A stretch of DNA of 64,000 nucleotides, taken from positions 64,001 through 128,000 of the forward strand of contig DAIDJN010000058.1 in NCBI GenBank assembly GCA_027451365.1, given 5' to 3'. Position 1 is the stretch's first letter, and every line of letters begins with the position of its first letter. The notes beneath the pieces are model-generated. The model worked only from the letters and a program-made list of their open reading frames with translations, did no database searches and had not been told where the DNA came from. Position numbers and translations under genes: made by a program. The stretch is from Phycisphaerales bacterium (GTDB lineage: Bacteria; Planctomycetota; Phycisphaerae; WQYP01). Below are positions 21,432 through 28,783 of the stretch, one piece after another.

Positions 21432-21598
21432 CCACTCCCATAGCCTTATCATCGGGAAATACGCAAGGTTCCAAAGTTAGTGAGCCATCTGTGATACCAT
21501 TTGACCCGGATTTAGACGCCATAATCAAGTCATGGCCGACCCTGCCTGAACCGATCAGGCTGGCCATTGCGGCATTGGCCGGGACTGGTGCGAAATGA
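21407..21598 (+). other. Stranded C-terminal segment of the integrase (IntC), in frame with the integrase across the att core
   Basis: Begins MRPLGIEP, the same peptide as integrase residues 436-443, at the same offset (16 nt) in the repeat. Continues for 55 aa to ...DPDLDAIIKSWPTLPEPIRLAIAALAGTGAK. Confidence 0.75.
21490..21501 (+). repeat. Candidate integrase arm-type site (TGTGATACCATT)
   Basis: Same 12-mer as the tandem pair at 29936-29959; lies about 60 bp inside the left att. Confidence 0.7.
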
Positions 21599-21792
21599 GC
21601 AATACCAATTTACAAATTCGCAATGCCGACGATTTACGAAAATACTTCGCAAATGCGGACCCGAAAGACGTGGCGGCACTTTGGGAGGTTATTCGGGCTT
21701 GGCCGGCAATGCCGCCAGGTGTTAAGAAAGCGATTTTGTCGATTACATTGATTGATTGGGAGGCCGCGCGCAAGCTGGCGGCTAAAAAATAG
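21595..21792 (+). CDS. Small protein resembling the IntC tail (W-P-x-[LM]-P helical motif)
   Basis: 65 aa; ATGA overlap with the IntC stop. ALWEVIRAWPAMPPGVKKAILSI aligns by eye to DLDAIIKSWPTLPEPIRLAIAAL. Confidence 0.7.
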   Translation: MSNTNLQIRNADDLRKYFANADPKDVAALWEVIRAWPAMPPGVKKAILSITLIDWEAARKLAAKK

Positions 21793-21853
21793 GATCAAAT
21801 ATCGCGTTGCCACCGGCGATAACAGGTGGCATATCCGTGTTGGAGTGTTTTTT

Positions 21854-22084
21854 ATGGTTGCCAATGTTGAAAACTTTCTGCGAGCGGTTAAGCGTAACGG
21901 CTTTATGCTTTCGCCCGTGGTGCCGGGGTTGGCCAGCTTATCGCCGGTTGGATGGAAATGTGAGCCAGGCGATTTTTGCGTCCCTTATGTGATGGTGCGG
22001 CCAGCCGACCTTAAAACGCCAGAAGCTGTCATTCGCAAAATCCAATCCCGTTTTGCGAATCGCGAGGCATTAACCGCCGCGTGA
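21854..22084 (+). CDS. Hypothetical protein (76 aa)
   Basis: GGAG SD upstream of the ATG at 21854; co-oriented with neighbours and followed by a terminator-like hairpin. Confidence 0.55.
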   Translation: MVANVENFLRAVKRNGFMLSPVVPGLASLSPVGWKCEPGDFCVPYVMVRPADLKTPEAVIRKIQSRFANREALTAA

Positions 22085-22106
22085 CATTACAAGGCCCATA
22101 GAAATG

Positions 22107-22156
22107 AAGCCTGGCGTTTTTTTTCTTCGCGTTGCGGAGGGGCGCCGGGCTTTTTT
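22107..22156 (+). terminator. Intrinsic terminator-like hairpin with a long loop
   Basis: AAGCCTGGCG...CGCCGGGCTT followed by a T-run. Confidence 0.5.
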
Positions 22157-22177
22157 CCTTCTATACAAGGCGTATCC

Positions 22178-23104
22178 GTGAAGATTATTGGTGTAACGAT
22201 TGGTACAGGCGGCCAGTTTCCGGCGATGGCGGAATTGGCCGCAAAGCGGTTTGAGGCCGCAACCGGCCTTGAATGCCGGCTCTTAAAACCATCCGACTAT
22301 TTCCCGCGGGCAGGAAAACTTGAATCAATGTTAGCTCGCTATAAGACGTTTGAAGCGTTTCCTGACGCGGATGCCGTGGTCTACTTTGACGCCGATCTGG
22401 CCTTTGTCCGCAAATGGAACCCTGTTGAATTGTTTGCCGCAGAAAGTCGGCTGATGATGGTTGTTGACGGACATTGGGACGGTCTTGAGGCTGAAGCAAG
22501 AAAACTTGGGATGCCCTTGACGGACTACCATAACGCGGGCTTTCACCTGGCCAACCGTGAACATCACGCGGAATTGTTCCACCGGTTTTTGAAATGGTTT
22601 AATGAAATTCCCCGAATGGAATACGGCGATCAATCCGCGTTTAATCTTTTCCTGCAAATGACGGGCACGCCAGTTGCAGATTTGCCGGCAACGTATAATT
22701 TTTTTGCCCATGAATGGCCGAACGCGAAAGAGCAAATTGACCCGATGGGGGTTATTGGATGGCATTGCGCGGCGAATGAAAAGCCTTTATTCCTTGAAAT
22801 CGCTTCTTTGGGTGTAAGAGAGTGTTTTAAGCCGGATCCGGTCCCGGACGGTCTATGCAATCGCCGTTTTTGGTACAACTACGGCGGCGCATCTGACCGC
22901 ATCATGGTATTAAGCCCTGACGGGCGAATTGTCCATGGATGGGGCGGCTACGAGATGTTTTGGTGGATGAAAAATGGTGATCTGTTATTCTCTAACCATA
23001 AACGAAAAACGTGCAGTTTCGTTCGAGTAGGCGATGGATGGGCGGGCCACTGGTTGGTGGATTCCCTCCCGGCGTGCACACTAAAACCAGTCTTGCTGCC
23101 ATAA
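22178..23104 (+). CDS. Glycosyltransferase, GT-A fold (GT8-like), cargo gene
   Basis: VVYFDADL (DxD), YHNAGF and DQSAFN motifs typical of GT8, plus an extra C-terminal aromatic-rich domain. Confidence 0.75.
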   Translation: MKIIGVTIGTGGQFPAMAELAAKRFEAATGLECRLLKPSDYFPRAGKLESMLARYKTFEAFPDADAVVYFDADLAFVRKWNPVELFAAESRLMMVVDGHWDGLEAEARKLGMPLTDYHNAGFHLANREHHAELFHRFLKWFNEIPRMEYGDQSAFNLFLQMTGTPVADLPATYNFFAHEWPNAKEQIDPMGVIGWHCAANEKPLFLEIASLGVRECFKPDPVPDGLCNRRFWYNYGGASDRIMVLSPDGRIVHGWGGYEMFWWMKNGDLLFSNHKRKTCSFVRVGDGWAGHWLVDSLPACTLKPVLLP

Positions 23105-23114
23105 GGTGGTGCGA

Positions 23115-23768
23115 CTACCTTGAAACTTCAACCGTGAGGAAACCTGAATCGTTGGCGAGATTGCCGGTGTAGTTATACATTTGCATTTTAAGCCTGCCGT
23201 CTTGGCTTGCCCGCAGGTGTGCGTAGTCGCCTATTTTGAAGGGTTTGCCGTTTCCGATCTTGCCCTCAAGGTAGCCGTGAAAAATATGGTTCACAGGATC
23301 ATTCAATCCATCTGGTCCGCAGGCATACCGCAGATGCTTTCCCCAGGTGCTCCAACGTCCGCTGGCGCTGATCGTCACTGATTCGCCTTTCCGCAGGGAA
23401 ATTGTGGTCTGCCAGTTTTTTGTAGCATAGATGCGAAACTTCAATCCGTGAGCGATTTGGGGTTGTACGGCCGCGATCCATTTCTGTATCAGTACTGCGT
23501 CTTTCAAATTTCCGCGTTGCATGACGTGTTTTTCCGCAATCTTGAGCCGCGCGACTTCCTGGCGACGGGCCGCTGCGACGGCATCCTGATATTTCTGGCG
23601 GGCCACGCGGATCGCGATCCGGGCACGATTGATCGCGGCTAAAGCCGTGATGGAATTTGGCAATGGAAGCGGTGGCGGATTAACGGGCGATGTCCAGGCA
23701 TTCAGTATGGACGACAGGCAAACAACCGTGGTGAGTGAAACAACAACAACAATTCGAGCAAACTTCAT
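23115..23768 (-). CDS. Exported protein with coiled segment and C-terminal LecA/PA-IL-like lectin domain
   Basis: AAGGAG SD and signal peptide. C-terminal pattern W..T.I.L.KGE.V.I.ASG.W...GPDG...G.L.GKIG.G.PF.IG...DG.L...N..G...V.V resembles PA-IL-like beta-sandwiches. Confidence 0.6.
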   Translation of the reverse strand: MKFARIVVVVSLTTVVCLSSILNAWTSPVNPPPLPLPNSITALAAINRARIAIRVARQKYQDAVAAARRQEVARLKIAEKHVMQRGNLKDAVLIQKWIAAVQPQIAHGLKFRIYATKNWQTTISLRKGESVTISASGRWSTWGKHLRYACGPDGLNDPVNHIFHGYLEGKIGNGKPFKIGDYAHLRASQDGRLKMQMYNYTGNLANDSGFLTVEVSR

Positions 23769-23885
23769 GACTGGTTCTCCTTGATTCGCAGAATTCGCAC
23801 TGGCTAAAACCAATCGTATCACGCGCGGGCGCCGCGTGCAAAAGCGTTAAGGGCCGTGCGAAGCTAATTTTTGCGATATATAGGT

Positions 23886-24098
23886 ATGGAAGACCGTGTC
23901 CGCATAATCCTGTCATGCCCGCGAAGCCAGGGGGCGTTTATTCCGATTGAACCGGCTGCGCCGGAGCCGCCAGAGACGCCAGATTATTCCGATGATGAAC
24001 TGGAAATTTTAAGGCTCTCAACTCAAAGGCGTGCCGACGCCGGCGAACCATCCGCAATAACCCGCCGCATGGCCGATCTGGCTTATGCCGGCCAGTAA
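23886..24098 (+). CDS. Hypothetical small protein
   Basis: Short ORF divergent from the lectin gene; no motif recognised. Confidence 0.3.
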   Translation: MEDRVRIILSCPRSQGAFIPIEPAAPEPPETPDYSDDELEILRLSTQRRADAGEPSAITRRMADLAYAGQ

Positions 24099-24213
24099 AA
24101 CCAAGTCTAAAAACGCGCATGCGCGATTCTGCGATTGAATAGCGATTAACCAATGTAAGCCAACGCACAGTGCCTTGAATCGGCACCGCTGGCTTGTTTT
24201 GGAGAATCGAACC

Positions 24214-24414
24214 ATGGAACGCGAGGAACAGCCCGAACTTCAAACGCTTCTGACCCTTGAGCAATCCGCACAGGTCTTGCAGGTAAGCCTGCGGACGATT
24301 TGGAAGCTGATCTCTACGGGCGAACTCCCCAAGCCGTTGCGGATCGGCCATAGCCGCCGATTCCGGCGTGCCGATCTGGAAAACTATATTGAGACCCTTA
24401 CCGCGGCGCGTTGA
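24214..24414 (+). CDS. Excisionase/AlpA-like winged-HTH protein
   Basis: LLTLEQSAQVLQVSLRTIWKLISTGELPKPLRIGHSRRFRRADLENYI; GGAG SD before ATG 24214. Confidence 0.85.
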   Translation: MEREEQPELQTLLTLEQSAQVLQVSLRTIWKLISTGELPKPLRIGHSRRFRRADLENYIETLTAAR

Positions 24415-24475
24415 TTATTCTAAAAAAATAGGCCGTTGGCATCCGACAAAAAACACCAACGGCCATAAAAATCCG

Positions 24476-24664
24476 GAGGCCGCGAAGTTATGCGGTATCG
24501 GCCGCACACTTTTTTTGGGCCTCGTTTCAAGCGGACGCGCACCGGCACCTATCCGGCTGGGCGGTAAACGCTGCGTCTGGCGAAAACAGGAGCTATCGGC
24601 CTGGGTGGCTGCCGGATGCCCGACGCGGGACGAGTTTAAAAAACTGCAAAGTCTGAAAAAGTGA
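24476..24664 (+). pseudogene. Second AlpA-family HTH, apparently lacking its N-terminus/start codon
   Basis: EAAKLCGIGRTLFLGLVSSGRAPAPIRLGGKRCVWRKQELSAWVAAGCP is AlpA-like. The only in-frame start is a GTG at 24368 inside the previous gene, and it would read through a hairpin region. Confidence 0.5.
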
Positions 24665-24725
24665 TATTAAAAAAAAGGCCGCCAAGTGGACTAAACCTGA
24701 CGGCCTGAAAATTTAGGATAAAGCA

Positions 24726-26783
24726 ATGATACACATTCCTAATGCCACACACAAGTTGAAGGAATCGCTTTGTCTGATTCCGACCGAACTCAAAGAAATT
24801 CAGCAATGGGTTATGTGGCGAATAGTTGACGGGCGAAAAATTCCGTTCACCACCACCGGGCGCTCCGCTTCCTCAACCAAACCTAAAACGTGGGCCAGTT
24901 TTGATGCCGCGATTGCCTCCTATCGGTCTGGCGGATTTGCGGGCATTGGCTTTGTCTTTGCAAAGGATGATCCGTACTGCGGTATCGACCTTGACCATTG
25001 TATAAAACCGGATGGCACACTTGAAGCGTGGGCCGCGAAGATCATTCAAGACTTCGCAAGTTATGCGGAGGTGTCACCAAGTGGTACCGGCGTAAAGATT
25101 TTTATTCGTGGTAAGAAGCCCAGTGCTAAATGCCGCTTCGAGATTAACAAGGCCACCGGCCAGCATATCGAGATTTACGACAGTGGCCGGTATTTCACGG
25201 TCACGGGAAATCGCTGGGCGGATTGCCCATTGGTTATTTCCGATCGGCAACCGAAGCTTAATACTCTGTTCGCAGAATACTTTTCAGGGCAAGCGCCGCC
25301 AGTAACAAAGCCAGAATTACCACCCCTTACTGAGCATGTGAAAAATAATGCTTCCACACATGAGCGGTGCCACAGGTACTTGGACACGATTCCGGGGGCC
25401 ATTTCCGGGCAAGGTGGCCACAACCGGACATTGGAGGCCGCGGCAACATGCTTTCGTTTTGGGCTGTCCGAAAGCGACGCATGGAATCTACTGACCGAAT
25501 TCAATGAACGATGCCAACCCCCATGGAATGAAAGGGAACTCCGCCACAAGTTGGCTGACGGCGAAAAGCTTGTACGGGGCGCCGGCGAATTTGGAAAATT
25601 GCTAGATGGGCGGTCCGAACCAGTAGCCGCGGCACCGAGGCCCACAACGGCGGCGCCCGCAGCGGTTCCGAAAGCTCCCGCGTTGAAGTTTCTGGACGTT
25701 GCGAATTGCCGAAATTATTCCAAACCACAGGCGTGGGCGTTCAAGGGATGGATCCCATCGGGCCTTGTCACGGTTCTGGGCGCCCATGGCGGCACGGGAA
25801 AAAGCATGTTCAGCCTGATCGCGGCTATTTGCTTGGCGGCTGGTCATGAATTCCTTGGCCAACAATGTGAGCCAATAAAGGCGTGCTACTTCTCCGCTGA
25901 AGATGGTCCGGATATTCTTTATCCAAGGATGGCCGCGATCTGCGACGCCCTGGATGAAGACCCCGCAACGCTGGCTGACCGCCTGACGGTCATTGACGCC
26001 GAAAGCAACCCAGTCCTATTTGAGGAAGTCACAACCGGCAAAAGCGCGATGATCACCACGCCGACCTATGCGGCTCTGCTGGAACACATTCAGCAAACCG
26101 GCTGCAAGTTTGTGATCATTGACGGCGCTTCCGACACTTATGATGGTGAGGAAAACGCACGCCGGCAGGTGCGGGCATACATGCGAAGCCTGCGGATTCT
26201 GGCACAGGCAACAAATGCTGCAATCGTCCTACTGGCACACGTCCCAAAGACCAACACACGCGGCCAAAGCACGGAAAGTTATTCCGGTTCAACCGCCTGG
26301 CACAACAGCGCCCGGTCAAGGCTGGCGCTGGTTGTGGATGAATTTGCGCCCGGGATAATTGAACTCCGGCACGAAAAATGCAACGTGGGAAAACTTCAAT
26401 CCGCATTTCAATTCAAGTTTTCAGATAGCGGCATTTTATTACCGGTTGGCCAGTCCGGCGAGGTTAATTCCAACGCCGACAAACAGGCGATATTAAGAAT
26501 AATCATGGAATTTAACGCCCGCGGAGAGACCCTTTACGCCTCGACCGCGTGTGCGCAGAACGCATTCAAGGCAATGGCTGGCGAGCCTGGATTTCCAAAG
26601 AAAATGCGCAAGCCAGCATTCGATAGCCTGATGCGGTCCATGGCGAGAGAGGGTCTTATTCAAATAGAACAAATTCAAACCAAACAGCGGCGATTTGTGG
26701 ACGGATGGCGAATCGCAGAACTGGGTATTGCCGCGATAAATGTAGACCTTGCCACCGGCGAAGTTTTGGAGTCGCAGCCATGA
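24726..26783 (+). CDS. Primase-polymerase (NrS-1-like PrimPol) fused to PriCT-like region and RecA-type/AAA_25 helicase
   Basis: QWVMW, GIGFVF...GIDLDHC, EVSPSGTG and IEIYDSGRYFTVTG in the PrimPol domain; CQPPW..REL; Walker A GAHGGTGKS; Walker B FVIIDG; LLAH and GSTAW motifs. Confidence 0.88.
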   Translation: MIHIPNATHKLKESLCLIPTELKEIQQWVMWRIVDGRKIPFTTTGRSASSTKPKTWASFDAAIASYRSGGFAGIGFVFAKDDPYCGIDLDHCIKPDGTLEAWAAKIIQDFASYAEVSPSGTGVKIFIRGKKPSAKCRFEINKATGQHIEIYDSGRYFTVTGNRWADCPLVISDRQPKLNTLFAEYFSGQAPPVTKPELPPLTEHVKNNASTHERCHRYLDTIPGAISGQGGHNRTLEAAATCFRFGLSESDAWNLLTEFNERCQPPWNERELRHKLADGEKLVRGAGEFGKLLDGRSEPVAAAPRPTTAAPAAVPKAPALKFLDVANCRNYSKPQAWAFKGWIPSGLVTVLGAHGGTGKSMFSLIAAICLAAGHEFLGQQCEPIKACYFSAEDGPDILYPRMAAICDALDEDPATLADRLTVIDAESNPVLFEEVTTGKSAMITTPTYAALLEHIQQTGCKFVIIDGASDTYDGEENARRQVRAYMRSLRILAQATNAAIVLLAHVPKTNTRGQSTESYSGSTAWHNSARSRLALVVDEFAPGIIELRHEKCNVGKLQSAFQFKFSDSGILLPVGQSGEVNSNADKQAILRIIMEFNARGETLYASTACAQNAFKAMAGEPGFPKKMRKPAFDSLMRSMAREGLIQIEQIQTKQRRFVDGWRIAELGIAAINVDLATGEVLESQP

Positions 26784-26808
26784 CCCATAACACCGATTTA
26801 CAGGGTTT

Positions 26809-26931
26809 TGCGCGGAGTGCGCGGACGTTGCGCGGACGCATGTTTGCACGGTCTGCACAAAAAGGTGTGGATGTGGTGTCCCGCTTCTGCGCGGACACAC
26901 ACAGCCTATGGGGTATGGGGGACGTCCGCGC
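26809..26931. repeat. Iteron-like repeats, candidate replication origin
   Basis: TGCGCGGA at 26809, 26818, 26829 and 26888, plus inverted GTCCGCGC at 26924, just downstream of the primase-helicase gene. Confidence 0.6.
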
Positions 26932-27048
26932 GGTCGAAAATCAGGCTTTGATCGGCGAGCTGTTTTGTGAGGAAAATAAGGCGACGCCACCGGCCTTAAA
27001 CATGTGGTATTTTTCAAACGCCGCTTAGGCGGCAGAATAGGAACTCAA

Positions 27049-27477
27049 ATGAGTGTTTCAGAGTTACTGGCGTCCAAACGCGAAGCCGCACAGAAGCCGG
27101 CACGCGGTCGATACTGGACCATGATCCGGAAGGTGGCCGGGAAGGCGGACGTAACCACGGCTGAAGCGGCCGCACTGGCCAACGCGGCCGGTGAAGCTGG
27201 TATTCCGGTTGACCGCATTGATGGCGACATTGCCCGCGCCCGGTCCGTGGCGGACGCGAAAGCTTTTATCGCGGCCAATGATAGCATTTCGCAAAAGCAG
27301 ATTGCCCATGGCGAAAAGCTTCTGGAAATGCAAAACACCGCGGAACAGGCACAGATTGCCTTGGAGAATTTCCGCATTCCGTGGTCACTGGAAAATCAGA
27401 GGCTGACGGCGATTGCCAACCGCCTGACCGAATTTGAAGGCATGATCGCCATGTTCGAAGCGGAAATAACCGCATAA
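27049..27477 (+). CDS. Hypothetical helical/coiled-coil protein (142 aa)
   Basis: AGGA SD before ATG 27049; Ala/Glu-rich helical sequence. Confidence 0.65.
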   Translation: MSVSELLASKREAAQKPARGRYWTMIRKVAGKADVTTAEAAALANAAGEAGIPVDRIDGDIARARSVADAKAFIAANDSISQKQIAHGEKLLEMQNTAEQAQIALENFRIPWSLENQRLTAIANRLTEFEGMIAMFEAEITA

Positions 27478-27490
27478 TTTTCTGGTGTCG

Positions 27491-27552
27491 CCGGCAGGTG
27501 GCAAAGGGTTCTGTTGCGGCTGATTCTGCAACGCCGCCTGCCGGTTTTTTTT
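27491..27552 (+). terminator. Long nested hairpin followed by T8
   Basis: CCGGCAGGTGGC...GCCGCCTGCCGG-TTTTTTTT with an inner stem GTTGCGG/CTGCAAC. Confidence 0.55.
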
Positions 27553-27566
27553 AAGGAAATGCAAAA

Positions 27567-27932
27567 ATGAATCTTGGATTTTTAGATTTTGTCGGGGAGC
27601 TACGCCGGTATGGCATTCAAATCCGGTGCCGTGGCACGAGTTTGCAATATCGGGCCGACCGACGCCGCCAACTGTGCCCCTTGGATATGCTGTACTCGCT
27701 TTTCTGGCGATCCCACGATATTCACGCGGAGATTAGCGGTAATGGGCAATTCTACCGGGAAAGCCCTGATCCGGATGGTTGGCATTCTGTTTCGCCTGAA
27801 AGGTGGCACCGGGAGCTAATTGAACGCGGCATAGGGTGCCTGGCGACATTGATAAACTCGGAACTTGGCCGCCGCAACGCCAGCCACGCTGGCCGCCAGA
27901 CTGGAGCAAGCGGGGCGTCCTGCAAAAGTTAG
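27567..27932 (+). CDS. Hypothetical protein, N-terminus resembling TubC-N docking-domain-like small phage proteins
   Basis: AAGGA SD; ELRRYGIQIRCRGTSLQYRA pattern. Confidence 0.45.
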   Translation: MNLGFLDFVGELRRYGIQIRCRGTSLQYRADRRRQLCPLDMLYSLFWRSHDIHAEISGNGQFYRESPDPDGWHSVSPERWHRELIERGIGCLATLINSELGRRNASHAGRQTGASGASCKS

Positions 27933-28021
27933 CCCCTTGGCCGACTACCCCGCCCAGGACGGTCAAACGGGCCTGTATGGGCGTCTAATAGCGTCATTTT
28001 TGAGTAAAAAGGGTGTAAACC

Positions 28022-28354
28022 ATGGGTAGACCGCAAAAACAGATTGACGCCAGGGCCGTTGGCGCATTGGCAATGGCGGGGCTGTCTAACAGGCAAATTT
28101 CCGAAATTTATGGCATTGGTGAAGCCACAATCCGCCGACGTTTTGGCGCGATTGTCAAAGAAAACAGGCTGGCAATGCGGATTAACCTGCGGCAAAAGCA
28201 AATCGAAACCGCCATGGCTGGCAATACGGCCATGCTGATATGGCTTGGCAAGCAATACCTTGGCCAAACCGATCGGCCTGCGGAAACATTCCCTGCAACG
28301 GTTCAGGTTGTGCACCCGGTCGGGTTTAACTTCAGGAAGGTTGGCCGCAAATGA
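28022..28354 (+). CDS. HTH protein, terminase small subunit-like
   Basis: MGRP start, HTH (GLSNRQISEIYGIGEATIRRRF) and AMLIWLGKQYLGQTD motif, seen in phage TerS-position genes. Confidence 0.65.
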   Translation: MGRPQKQIDARAVGALAMAGLSNRQISEIYGIGEATIRRRFGAIVKENRLAMRINLRQKQIETAMAGNTAMLIWLGKQYLGQTDRPAETFPATVQVVHPVGFNFRKVGRK

Positions 28355-28572
28355 TATTATTCCGGTGCACCAAATGCCGCCAACGATTGCATGATGCGGT
28401 CTGGTACTTTTGCCGGGACTGCCAACGGTCATTGTGTGGATGGTGTGCATACACGATTGACGGGCCGCGTGGTGAGACTGCATTTTGCGAAAACTGCTGC
28501 CGGCGATTGGTGGATAACCTGACCAGTGAATTAAACCGCCGCGAGGAACTTGACAAAGCGGCCGCAGTGTAG
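28351..28572 (+). CDS. Small Cys-rich zinc-finger protein
   Basis: Four CxxC pairs (CTKC, CRDC, CGWC, CENC); ATGA overlap with the upstream gene. Confidence 0.6.
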   Translation: MILFRCTKCRQRLHDAVWYFCRDCQRSLCGWCAYTIDGPRGETAFCENCCRRLVDNLTSELNRREELDKAAAV

Positions 28573-28578
28573 GATAAT
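28550..28578 (+). promoter_or_regulatory. Sigma70-type promoter for the HTH-integrase operon
   Basis: TTGACA-N17-GATAAT, with 7 nt between the -10 hexamer and the ATG at 28586. Confidence 0.6.
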
Positions 28579-28585
28579 AAACTAT

Positions 28586-28780
28586 ATGAAAAACATTGAA
28601 CAGGTTTTGAAGCAGGCAATAAAGGATACCGGCCTGACGCATTATGCCATTTCCAAAGCCACTGGCGTACAAGCCCGGTCACTGGATCGGTTCATGGATG
28701 GAACCCAAAGCCTGCGGCTGGATAAGGCCGCACTGCTGGCAATGCACCTGAATCTTGAACTTAAACGCAAAGGACGGTGA
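28586..28780 (+). CDS. XRE/Cro-like HTH regulator (64 aa)
   Basis: LKQAIKDTGLTHYAISKATGVQARSLDRFMDG...LRLDKAALLA. Confidence 0.8.
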   Translation: MKNIEQVLKQAIKDTGLTHYAISKATGVQARSLDRFMDGTQSLRLDKAALLAMHLNLELKRKGR

Positions 28781-28783
28781 ACC

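Noticed and set aside
26705..27028. ORF downstream of the primase
   Set aside because: It overlaps the iteron-like repeats and has no recognisable features; better explained as origin DNA, though not excluded.
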